Below, in pieces: positions 1-7,562 of a DNA stretch of 64,000 nucleotides. Both the position numbers and the translations under genes were made by a program. The number at the start of each line of letters is the position of its first letter. Within the stretch, counting starts at the first letter, position 1. Source of the stretch: a virus (lineage: Duplodnaviria > Caudoviricetes); the IMG/VR virus record IMGVR_UViG_3300033120_000845, positions 32,001-96,000 of that record, one strand, 5' to 3'. The notes below the pieces were generated by a model, which was given only the letters and a program-made list of their open reading frames with translations, ran no database searches and was not told the origin of the DNA.

Positions 1-203
1 TTCAAATATAATTCAATTGTTAGTGGTCTCCCTAAATCCCAATAAATATCTCTAACGACTTCTATCTCTTTTCCATTATTTACAAATATAAATACATCTG
101 TTGTATCTGTATGTTCATTGTATTTTGATAACAGTGTTAGTAGTTTTTCTTTTGCTTCTGTTTCTTTGTTGCCGCGATAAATGAAATGATAGTAGTTTTT
201 CAA
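1..203 (-). CDS. hypothetical protein, partial (runs off window start)
   Basis: Hand-translated from TTG at 203 (MKNYYHFIYRGNKETEAKEK...); open to position 1 and directly follows the 207..383 ORF. Confidence 0.5.
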   Translation of the reverse strand, partial: MKNYYHFIYRGNKETEAKEKLLTLLSKYNEHTDTTDVFIFVNNGKEIEVVRDIYWDLGRPLTIELYL

Positions 204-206
204 AAG

Positions 207-383
207 TTAAAATGTTTTAATTTCTTTTTCTATTTCGTAAAGTCTGTTGCAATCTTCTTCTGTAATTCTTCCTGTAATTAGTTTCATTGATATAAATTGT
301 AATTCCCAATATAAATTATCATCATAGCAGAAGTACATACAATCATTTAATGTTTTTTCAAATTTTTTGTTTAATACTAACAT
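207..383 (-). CDS. hypothetical protein, 58 aa
   Basis: Hand-translated MLVLNKKFEKTLNDCMYFCYDDNLYWELQF...; lies just downstream of a canonical promoter. Confidence 0.6.
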   Translation of the reverse strand: MLVLNKKFEKTLNDCMYFCYDDNLYWELQFISMKLITGRITEEDCNRLYEIEKEIKTF

Positions 384-400
384 AATTATTAATTTAAAAG

Positions 401-432
401 CAAAAGTACAACTTAATTTTTAATTATGCAAA
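401..432 (-). promoter_or_regulatory. Bacteroidota sigma-A type promoter
   Basis: Minus strand TTTG (432-429), 20-nt spacer, TACTTTTG (408-401). Confidence 0.7.
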
Positions 433-1656
433 TTTCTCTGTTTTAATTTTAGGTATTATACTAAATTCTTTTTCAAATTTTTCTAACATCACATTTTCAA
501 CTAAATCTATATACTCCTCTGTAGTACTTATTGAATCGTGAACTGTAAATAGAGGTATTTGCTTTTTTGTTAAGTACATTAAAGTCTCTACGCATGAAAA
601 AATAAACCGACTTTCTGTTTTTTGTAACATTATTGCTACATCTTTGTACCGTTCTGTTTTTATTCTTCTGACAACATAAAATATTTCGGGGAACTCTTGT
701 TCAAACACTTTCTCATAATCTGATAAGTCTTTTCTATTTTTATCAAACAGCACACCTCCAAAAATCCTTTTCTTAAACTTACTTCTACTTTTTTCTGTTA
801 ATTTTATTCCCATTTTTTCGGCAAAAAATTCATAAAAACCGTATTTACAAACAACATCTCTGTATTTATTTAATTCTGTTTCTTTAATAGAGCAATTACT
901 TTTTAAAAAACAGTATAAGAAGAATGGTTGTGAATTTCTAATATCCGCTTGAAATAATGGTTTATTATCAAATGATAGGAATTTTCTAAATTCCGTAGGG
1001 GCGTTTGTTAAATTATTATGCAACCTGTCTCCTGTATCATCTTTAGTTGCAAATTTAGTATCAAATAATTCTATTACCATTTTGCAAAATTCAATCCTTT
1101 TGTCTTCAGATTTATCAATTTTATCTCTTACAAATCTTTGAGCCTTTTTTCTATCTAAGATTAGATTATCCATACATCTTGTAATATAACCATACCCATC
1201 AGTAGATTTTAATAAGTCAAATCTTGGTTTATTTAAAACGTCTGTGAGTTTTTTGTTGAGTTCGATATCTTCTATTTCAACTAATCTAAATTTTTCAGTT
1301 TTATATTTATCACTTAGCTTATATCCTTTGGACTTAGAAGATTTTATATAAAAATTATCCGTTTCTATAATGCCATACATTATTAAATCATCTAAGAATT
1401 TTTTAGCATAATCGTATGATACCAATTTACGAAGATGATTAATATTTAAATTTACGAAACCTTTAGAGTAAAATGTTCTGTCGTAATAAGGTGCGGTTCT
1501 AATATAAGAAACGATAAACAAATAATGCCAAGTAAAATCTTTATTTTTACCTTCATTATTTACTATCTTATTCACTATATCTATAATAATATTATTAGTA
1601 TATATCTTCATATTAATTTTAATAACTGTTCTTATGTCGTGGGGACGGATTTTCAA
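424..1656 (-). CDS. small superfamily-A polymerase-like protein (PolA/T7-RNAP fold, TV-Pol-like) with probable N-terminal wHTH; likely start ATG 1611
   Basis: DDTGDRLH (D-x-RGR-like), motif A FQADIRNSQP, motif B RSKFKKRIFGGVLF, LQKTES, motif C TVHDS; no exonuclease domain. Confidence 0.7.
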   Translation of the reverse strand: MKIRPHDIRTVIKINMKIYTNNIIIDIVNKIVNNEGKNKDFTWHYLFIVSYIRTAPYYDRTFYSKGFVNLNINHLRKLVSYDYAKKFLDDLIMYGIIETDNFYIKSSKSKGYKLSDKYKTEKFRLVEIEDIELNKKLTDVLNKPRFDLLKSTDGYGYITRCMDNLILDRKKAQRFVRDKIDKSEDKRIEFCKMVIELFDTKFATKDDTGDRLHNNLTNAPTEFRKFLSFDNKPLFQADIRNSQPFFLYCFLKSNCSIKETELNKYRDVVCKYGFYEFFAEKMGIKLTEKSRSKFKKRIFGGVLFDKNRKDLSDYEKVFEQEFPEIFYVVRRIKTERYKDVAIMLQKTESRFIFSCVETLMYLTKKQIPLFTVHDSISTTEEYIDLVENVMLEKFEKEFSIIPKIKTEKFA

Positions 1657-1729
1657 AAATCCTTATTTTTCAGTACTTCACGAGGGTCAAAAGAAAACAA
1701 AAAAACGAAAACTTGTAACCTATAAAATG

Positions 1730-1853
1730 ACGAAAGTCCAATAAACTGAGAACCCTAAATGTAGCTGCAAGGATTCTGTATTCAGTTTAAAGGACTTTAC
1801 GTGTTCTCTTTAATATTGTTTACAATTTAATTATAGGCAGCTACGTCTATAAT
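1730..1853. ncRNA. candidate cis-regulatory RNA: two hairpins with complementary loops (kissing loop)
   Basis: Hairpin 1730-1802 has loop GTAGCTGC (1761-1768); hairpin 1830-1853 has loop GCAGCTAC (1837-1844); the loops are exact reverse complements. Confidence 0.55.
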
Positions 1854-2003
1854 AAACTTTTGGTTTTAAATTTTAACGAGCCGAACAAAACGTGGTTAGT
1901 TAGGTGGGCTCGGTTGTTAAGTACAATTTCTAAACTATTCTATTTATCCGTGAACAATGTCACCAAGAATTATATCTTTTTTCATGCTTTCAATTTTAAA
2001 GTG

Positions 2004-2046
2004 CAAATATACAACATTAATTTTAAACCACCAAATTGATTAGCTG
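2004..2046 (-). promoter_or_regulatory. leftward promoter for polymerase-like gene, with degenerate phage motif
   Basis: Minus strand CAGCTAATCAATTTG (2046-2032), 20-nt spacer, TATATTTG (2011-2004). Confidence 0.7.
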
Positions 2047-2100
2047 AAAATAAATTATTTTTTATAAACTAATAAAATTCATAATATTATGTTAAAGTTC

Positions 2101-2131
2101 TTGCATGATAATAAAATACGTAGTATATTTG
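2101..2131 (+). promoter_or_regulatory. rightward Bacteroidota sigma-A type promoter
   Basis: TTG (2101-2103), 20-nt spacer, TATATTTG (2124-2131); 11 nt before ATG 2143. Confidence 0.7.
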
Positions 2132-2142
2132 CATTTTAAATT

Positions 2143-2502
2143 ATGGGTAAAAGGAGAAATTACTACTACATTCCACCCGAATACCACAGGGAAATCAGCT
2201 TCCAAAAATACATAAAGAAAAATAAAATATTCTTTAGAGATGCAACAAAACTCTTTAAAGGGTATGGATATGTTGTAACGGAAGAACATAAGAACTACAC
2301 AGCTTTTTCTAAAGACGGTATTACTTTTTATTTGCCGCGAATACAAGAATATTTCACTTGGGTATTTACAGAGCATAAGGATTTTATCTTTGAAGATTTA
2401 TATGGGGAATGGTCGGTTAAAAGACTGAAATTTAATTTAGACAGAATGAGTATGTTTAAATACAGAATAAAATACAATAAAGAATTTGGCTTATGCAAAT
2501 AG
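2143..2502 (+). CDS. hypothetical protein
   Basis: 119-aa ORF directly after promoter; overlaps next gene. Confidence 0.7.
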   Translation: MGKRRNYYYIPPEYHREISFQKYIKKNKIFFRDATKLFKGYGYVVTEEHKNYTAFSKDGITFYLPRIQEYFTWVFTEHKDFIFEDLYGEWSVKRLKFNLDRMSMFKYRIKYNKEFGLCK

Positions 2503-2903
2503 ACTTAACGGGGTTTACTTATGATTTTAAAACCTGCGGATATAAAAATGATGCGGAATTAACAGACATTATAATCAAACTGTATCAAATAACATCTAAA
2601 AAATTAGCACTTCAAGAAAAGGAAGAAAAGATACTTTTGTTTTACATTAAATACGGATATAATGAAAAAACTAAGAAAGCAATTCTAACATCTGTAGATA
2701 AAAGAAGTGGAGATTCGGCGGAAAAAATAACAAGAAAGCATTTGGATATGATTAACTTCTCTCTAAAAGAAAAAGGATATTTATTAAATCATCCTTCCAA
2801 TTACAGACAGAAATTAGTTGACCCGATGTTAGAAAAAATGTATAAAACATTTACAGGAGATAACGGAAATAAATTATTTATAATTGGATTAAAACAGAAT
2901 TGA
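2493..2903 (+). CDS. hypothetical protein, possible winged-helix DNA-binding protein
   Basis: Helical pattern ending MINFSLKEKGYL resembles a wHTH recognition helix and wing; similar small genes precede TerL in crAss-like phages. Confidence 0.45.
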   Translation: MQIDLTGFTYDFKTCGYKNDAELTDIIIKLYQITSKKLALQEKEEKILLFYIKYGYNEKTKKAILTSVDKRSGDSAEKITRKHLDMINFSLKEKGYLLNHPSNYRQKLVDPMLEKMYKTFTGDNGNKLFIIGLKQN

Positions 2904-2904
2904 A

Positions 2905-3087
2905 ATGGATAAAGAATCTTTAGAAGAAAGAAAAGATAGGTTTAATAATAAAATATTAGAAACTAAAGAACTTTTTAGAAATTTACCGTGTAATGAAGCT
3001 ATATATTTATTGAATTGTGTAATTGAAGATATTAAAAGTTTTAGAGATGAAAAAAGTAAAGATATTAATTTTACACCTTCAGAATGA
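2905..3087 (+). CDS. hypothetical protein
   Basis: 60-aa ORF tightly packed in operon (ATGA overlap with next). Confidence 0.6.
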   Translation: MDKESLEERKDRFNNKILETKELFRNLPCNEAIYLLNCVIEDIKSFRDEKSKDINFTPSE

Positions 3088-3446
3088 GTCAATTCGCAAT
3101 AAAAGATGATATAACATCAAAAGTCGCGGAAAGATGGAAAGATGTAGAGAAAAAAGATGTTGATGACTTACTAAGATGCTTTGTAGAATACTTAAACAAA
3201 TCAACAAAGTCAGATGAACATTACGCTTATGATTTTCCATACTTAGGAAAAATGTATTTGAAGTTGAATAAATATGAAAAGGGAGCAACACCTTTAGCGG
3301 TAGAAACACTAAAAGATATTTTATTTAATTCTCCAAATTATGAAAAACATCCGTCATACAGAAGAAGCACTTTATACAGAATTCGCACAAAAGATATGAC
3401 AAATGAAGAATTAATGTACAGACAAAATAATGCTGAACAAGATTAA
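3084..3446 (+). CDS. HU/IHF-like DNA-binding protein (divergent)
   Basis: IKDDITSKVAERW...DVDDLLRCFVEYL...DFPYLGKMYL matches the IHF helix-helix-(F)xxLGxF pattern; IHF-like genes precede TerL in crAss-like phages. Confidence 0.55.
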   Translation: MSQFAIKDDITSKVAERWKDVEKKDVDDLLRCFVEYLNKSTKSDEHYAYDFPYLGKMYLKLNKYEKGATPLAVETLKDILFNSPNYEKHPSYRRSTLYRIRTKDMTNEELMYRQNNAEQD

Positions 3447-3720
3447 AACAATAGTCCTTTCAAGGATAACAAAACCAAAAACCGATAAGTGGATAAAGGA
3501 CAGACGTAGTAAATGCAATGTTTGTCCTTTTAACACTAAGAACATGGAAAAAGTGCCACTAAAGATAAAAATAATAAAAGCACTTTCAGATTTTTACACT
3601 TGGATAACATTTAATAAAAAAACAGAATTGGGTAACTGTTCTTTGTGCGGATGTGATATTTATTATAAGACGGAAACAAAAATAGAAAAATGCGAAGATA
3701 ACCAATGGAACTTAGATTAA
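3430..3720 (+). CDS. Zn-finger protein
   Basis: RRSKCNVCPFN ... CSLCGC..YYKT...EKC...W. Confidence 0.65.
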   Translation: MLNKIKTIVLSRITKPKTDKWIKDRRSKCNVCPFNTKNMEKVPLKIKIIKALSDFYTWITFNKKTELGNCSLCGCDIYYKTETKIEKCEDNQWNLD

Positions 3721-4040
3721 GAGAAACAGATAAAGCAAAATTAGTAGGTAGCGTTATTGAATATAATGAACTACCTTATGCAGGAAATTCAAAAGTTATT
3801 TTAGACTTTATTTTCCCGCAAGATTCAAAAATTACAGACTTTTTACTAACTCCAACTTGCGGATGTACAATCACAAACACTTGGAAGAACACAGACGGAA
3901 GTTATTATACAGATGTTAAGTATGACACAAAAAGAGTCGGAGAATTTGAAAAAACAGTAAAAATCTCATACAAAGAGAACGGAAAAAATATTAATGGAAC
4001 ATTTAAAATAAAAGGTAAAGTAAGAGAGAATGGATTATAA
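3705..4040 (+). CDS. DUF1573-like Ig-fold protein
   Basis: PTCGCT signature and beta-rich YDT..VGEFEKTVKI. Confidence 0.6.
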   Translation: MELRLRETDKAKLVGSVIEYNELPYAGNSKVILDFIFPQDSKITDFLLTPTCGCTITNTWKNTDGSYYTDVKYDTKRVGEFEKTVKISYKENGKNINGTFKIKGKVRENGL

Positions 4041-4263
4041 AGGATTAATACAATTAGAATTAGATAAATTAATTGAAGAGAATAAGGATTTTACAATGGG
4101 AGAGATTTTCTACTCTTTTCTAAGACCATGTTTTTTAAATGGAAAAATTTTACTTGATGCTTCTGATGAAGATATTTTTAATTCTTTAGAGCGCGCAAGA
4201 AAAGTAGAAGGAACAGACACAGAAATGACAGACCAAGAAATACAAGCATTCATCAATGGATAA
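4030..4263 (+). CDS. hypothetical protein
   Basis: 77-aa ORF overlapping both neighbours. Confidence 0.65.
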   Translation: MDYKGLIQLELDKLIEENKDFTMGEIFYSFLRPCFLNGKILLDASDEDIFNSLERARKVEGTDTEMTDQEIQAFING

Positions 4264-4708
4264 AATAAACAAAACATTACTAAGTTCTTTTGAAGAGAGA
4301 TATCAGGAGTTTAAAGATTACTCAACATTCTACACTAAGTTTGTAGAAACCGCGAAAGAAAATTTAAAAGAAAGGGAAGAATTTATTCTTAAAAATATAG
4401 ACAGCCCTGAAGCAATTGAAAACTTCATTTTAGAAAATTCAACATTGCCTTATTACTACGCAAATGATTTAGAAATTCTAAAAGAAAGACTTATTGCGAC
4501 CTATGAGGCGGTAAAAGATTTTATTGAACTACCACAAGAAGTAATTGATGATATGTTTGTGACAATAAAACTAAAATCAAAGTTAGCGTTCAAAATTGTA
4601 GCAGGAAGCCCCGAACCAATTGACCCTAATTATATCGAACAAATAAAAGCCGAAATAAAAAAACAAGGAATAATTAAAAAAGTTCTTGAACCATTAGCCT
4701 CTAAATAG
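4256..4708 (+). CDS. hypothetical protein
   Basis: 150-aa ORF in operon. Confidence 0.7.
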   Translation: MDKINKTLLSSFEERYQEFKDYSTFYTKFVETAKENLKEREEFILKNIDSPEAIENFILENSTLPYYYANDLEILKERLIATYEAVKDFIELPQEVIDDMFVTIKLKSKLAFKIVAGSPEPIDPNYIEQIKAEIKKQGIIKKVLEPLASK

Positions 4709-4718
4709 GAGGCTTTTT
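4696..4718 (+). terminator. intrinsic terminator
   Basis: AGCCTC-TAAATAG-GAGGCT followed by T-run. Confidence 0.55.
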
Positions 4719-4730
4719 GCATTATATATT

Positions 4731-4892
4731 ATGGGAGAAGCGGGCTATATCTTTGATTTAGAAAACATATTACACAGACAATATAAAATTTATAAACATC
4801 GACCTGAAAATAAGTTTGCTGGGCATACCGAATGCTATAATATTAAACTTCCTATTGAGGAAATAATTAAATTAGGATGTCAGAAAGAATAG
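4731..4892 (+). pseudogene. remnant of T5orf172/MUG113 (GIY-YIG-like) homing endonuclease C-terminus, 53 aa
   Basis: Hand-translated MGEAGYIFDLENILHRQYKIYKHRPENKFAGHTECYNIKL...; has the LE..LH...F.G.TEC(F/Y) pattern but no N-terminal catalytic half. Confidence 0.55.
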
Positions 4893-7489
4893 ATAAATTT
4901 ATAAAACAGCATAAAGAGTATTTTAAAAGAAATGCTACTGCTATTGAAAGCAACTATTGGGATAAGGACGAAGAACTCGTAAGAAAAGTAAAATTATTTA
5001 AGCAAGAGAATAGCCTTACTACATCTATTGTTGGAAGATTGTCAGCATTTATAAAAATAGCGGAAGCTGATAGAAGATTACCTAAAACTCAAAAATTCAT
5101 AGAAGAAACTTTAGATATAATAAACATCCACATAAAAAAATGTGATAATTATTTAGATTATAAACTAGATGAGTTGATAGAATCAACAGACGATACTGAT
5201 GAGGAAATTGATTTAAAAACTCAAGAGATTGCCTTCCAAGATGATGTATTTAATCAGAAAATTGCAATACAAGATAAATTAGATTCTTTAAATCTTAAAA
5301 GTGAACCCGATGATTTAAAATTTAGTTTTTTCAGCGGACAAATAGCGTCACTACCAATGTCAGAAGTATTGACAGTTGTTAATAATGATATTAAAGAAGC
5401 AACAGACTCATTAAATTTAGCTAAAGAAATAACAGACAAAACTTTTTATAAGGATTTATTAGAGCAAGGAAAAGTTCCTCAATGGAATGAAAAAAAACAT
5501 TATTGGGAACAAGATAAAGAAACTTTAGCTTTTTGGCAAAACGAGTGGTTGAAAATAAAATATGGATTTGAGGTGGATGGGTATTTTATTCACCCTTGGT
5601 TATATTTTCACATAAACTTTTTTAAAACTCCAATTCCGCAATCTGATGGTTCTGAACCTATTGTGAGTCCTGATTTCAGAGATAATGAGTGGTTATTTGT
5701 TGAAGAAATAAAAAGAGCAGAAGAGGCTGGTAACAGAGGGGTTATGCTGTATGGAAGCCGCCGTTTAGGTAAATCTACACTAATGTCTTCTTATTGTTAT
5801 TGGAAAGCACTCACTAAACCAAATGCCTCTGCGACAATTACATCGGGGTCTGAAGGAGATTTGATTGACTTAACGCATAAGATAAAAACTGCTATGAAGT
5901 ATATACCAAAAGCATTTTATCTTTATATTCAGAGTCAAGAATGGTTAGGTGGGTCTGTTGAATTAGGATTAAAAACAACGGCAAGTAACTTAGTAGAGTA
6001 CTCAAGATTTAATATAAAAAACTTAGCAGGTGGTACAACTAAGGCTACCCAAAAGACTGCGGGTGGAGCTCCAAGTGTCTTCTTAATTGAAGAAATTGGA
6101 AAATTCAATTGGAAGAAGTCGTTTTTAGCAGCTAAACCATCTTTTGAAACAAAAGACAGATGGAAGTGTGTACCAATTGCTGTAGGTACAGGAGGAGAGG
6201 CTTCATTATCGGGTGATGCTATGTTAGCTTTATCAAATCCAAAATCTATGCATTTTTTAGAAATGGATTGGGATACTTTTGAATCTAAAATACCTGAAAA
6301 AGCAATTAGTTGGACAAGAAGAAAGTTTGCCACATTTGTTCCTGCTCAGATGTCATATAAAACAAATCTTAGGAGTATAAAAAGACCTTTTGGTGAATTT
6401 TTAGGGATACAGTCGGAAGAATTAGATAAAATTACAATATTTCAAGCTGATTGGGAGCACAATTTAAAAGTCTTATTAGAAGATAGAGATTTAGTAAAAG
6501 GTGATTCATTATTAGCACAACAAGAAGCTGTACAATATCCAATTGACCCGGAAGAATGTTTCCTGAGTTCAGAATCTAACCCATTCCCTTATGAAGAAGC
6601 AAGAACACATAAAGAATATCTACAGGCTACAGGTAAATGGGATAGAAGAAGGGAATTAATAAAGAACTCTCAAGGTAAGATAGAGGTACGATTATCAACA
6701 AAGGAATTAGTTGAATTTCCTTTTAAAGGTGGAAATCAAGATGCACCTTATCTTATTTTTGAAGACCCACCAGAAGAGAAACAAAGCAGATGGACTTATG
6801 TTGCATCAGGTGACTTTTATAAGCAAGAAGGTTCGGCTACAGAATCAGTGGGTACAATTTATATTTATAAATATGACCTATTTGATGACCCATTTGCTAA
6901 AAAATTAGTTGCCTCTTATTCAGCGAGACCTAAAACATACAGAGAATTTAATGAAAAAGTATTATTATTATTGGAAGCATATAATGCAGTAATTTTCCCA
7001 GAAAATGAAGATTTAGGTGTGTTCCAAACTTTTTTGGAAAATAAACATTTAGAAGATTATCTTGTAAAACACATTGATTTTAAAACAGCTTTAGATTTTA
7101 CAGAAAATGGAATTAGAAAATATGGATGGACTGCCGCACAATCTAAATCTAAATTAATAGCAATGTATGTTAATTATTGTAATGAGACAGTTAAAATTAT
7201 AAATGATGAAGGTATTGAAGTAGAAGTTAAAAGAATTCAAACCATTGATGATATTTGGCTATTAACAGAGATTATGAATTTCTCTTCTACTGGGAACTTT
7301 GATAGGATTTCAGGTTCACTTGGAGCAATTGGACTGTTACACGTATTGGAAAAAAACTATATTTATCCAAAACATGTAAAAAAACGAAGAGAAGAAAAAG
7401 AAGGAGAAGAAAAACCCAAAGACCGAACAAAAACTTTCTATGGAATGTCAAGCAGAAAAGCAGGTTTTTATTCAGGAAGAAGGCGTTAA
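4877..7489 (+). CDS. terL: terminase large subunit with ~190-aa N-terminal extension
   Basis: Walker A GSRRLGKST, Walker B FLIEEIGK, motif III VGTGG, RNase H-like SGDFYKQ and GNFDRI; directly upstream of portal. Confidence 0.92.
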   Translation: MSERIDKFIKQHKEYFKRNATAIESNYWDKDEELVRKVKLFKQENSLTTSIVGRLSAFIKIAEADRRLPKTQKFIEETLDIINIHIKKCDNYLDYKLDELIESTDDTDEEIDLKTQEIAFQDDVFNQKIAIQDKLDSLNLKSEPDDLKFSFFSGQIASLPMSEVLTVVNNDIKEATDSLNLAKEITDKTFYKDLLEQGKVPQWNEKKHYWEQDKETLAFWQNEWLKIKYGFEVDGYFIHPWLYFHINFFKTPIPQSDGSEPIVSPDFRDNEWLFVEEIKRAEEAGNRGVMLYGSRRLGKSTLMSSYCYWKALTKPNASATITSGSEGDLIDLTHKIKTAMKYIPKAFYLYIQSQEWLGGSVELGLKTTASNLVEYSRFNIKNLAGGTTKATQKTAGGAPSVFLIEEIGKFNWKKSFLAAKPSFETKDRWKCVPIAVGTGGEASLSGDAMLALSNPKSMHFLEMDWDTFESKIPEKAISWTRRKFATFVPAQMSYKTNLRSIKRPFGEFLGIQSEELDKITIFQADWEHNLKVLLEDRDLVKGDSLLAQQEAVQYPIDPEECFLSSESNPFPYEEARTHKEYLQATGKWDRRRELIKNSQGKIEVRLSTKELVEFPFKGGNQDAPYLIFEDPPEEKQSRWTYVASGDFYKQEGSATESVGTIYIYKYDLFDDPFAKKLVASYSARPKTYREFNEKVLLLLEAYNAVIFPENEDLGVFQTFLENKHLEDYLVKHIDFKTALDFTENGIRKYGWTAAQSKSKLIAMYVNYCNETVKIINDEGIEVEVKRIQTIDDIWLLTEIMNFSSTGNFDRISGSLGAIGLLHVLEKNYIYPKHVKKRREEKEGEEKPKDRTKTFYGMSSRKAGFYSGRRR

Positions 7490-7499
7490 TATTTCTAAC

Positions 7500-7542
7500 A
7501 AACTAACCAATTTTTTTAATCTTAGTTAAATTAGTAATTTTG
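7500..7542 (+). promoter_or_regulatory. phage late-type promoter (motif plus -7 box)
   Basis: AAACTAACCAATTTT (7500-7514) and TAATTTTG (7535-7542). Confidence 0.75.
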
Positions 7543-7562
7543 CAAATTAATTTTACAGAAAC

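Noticed and set aside
2036-2100. Replication origin in the AT-rich gap between divergent promoters
   Set aside because: Plausible from position, but no iteron array or other direct evidence; skew analysis of the full genome is needed.
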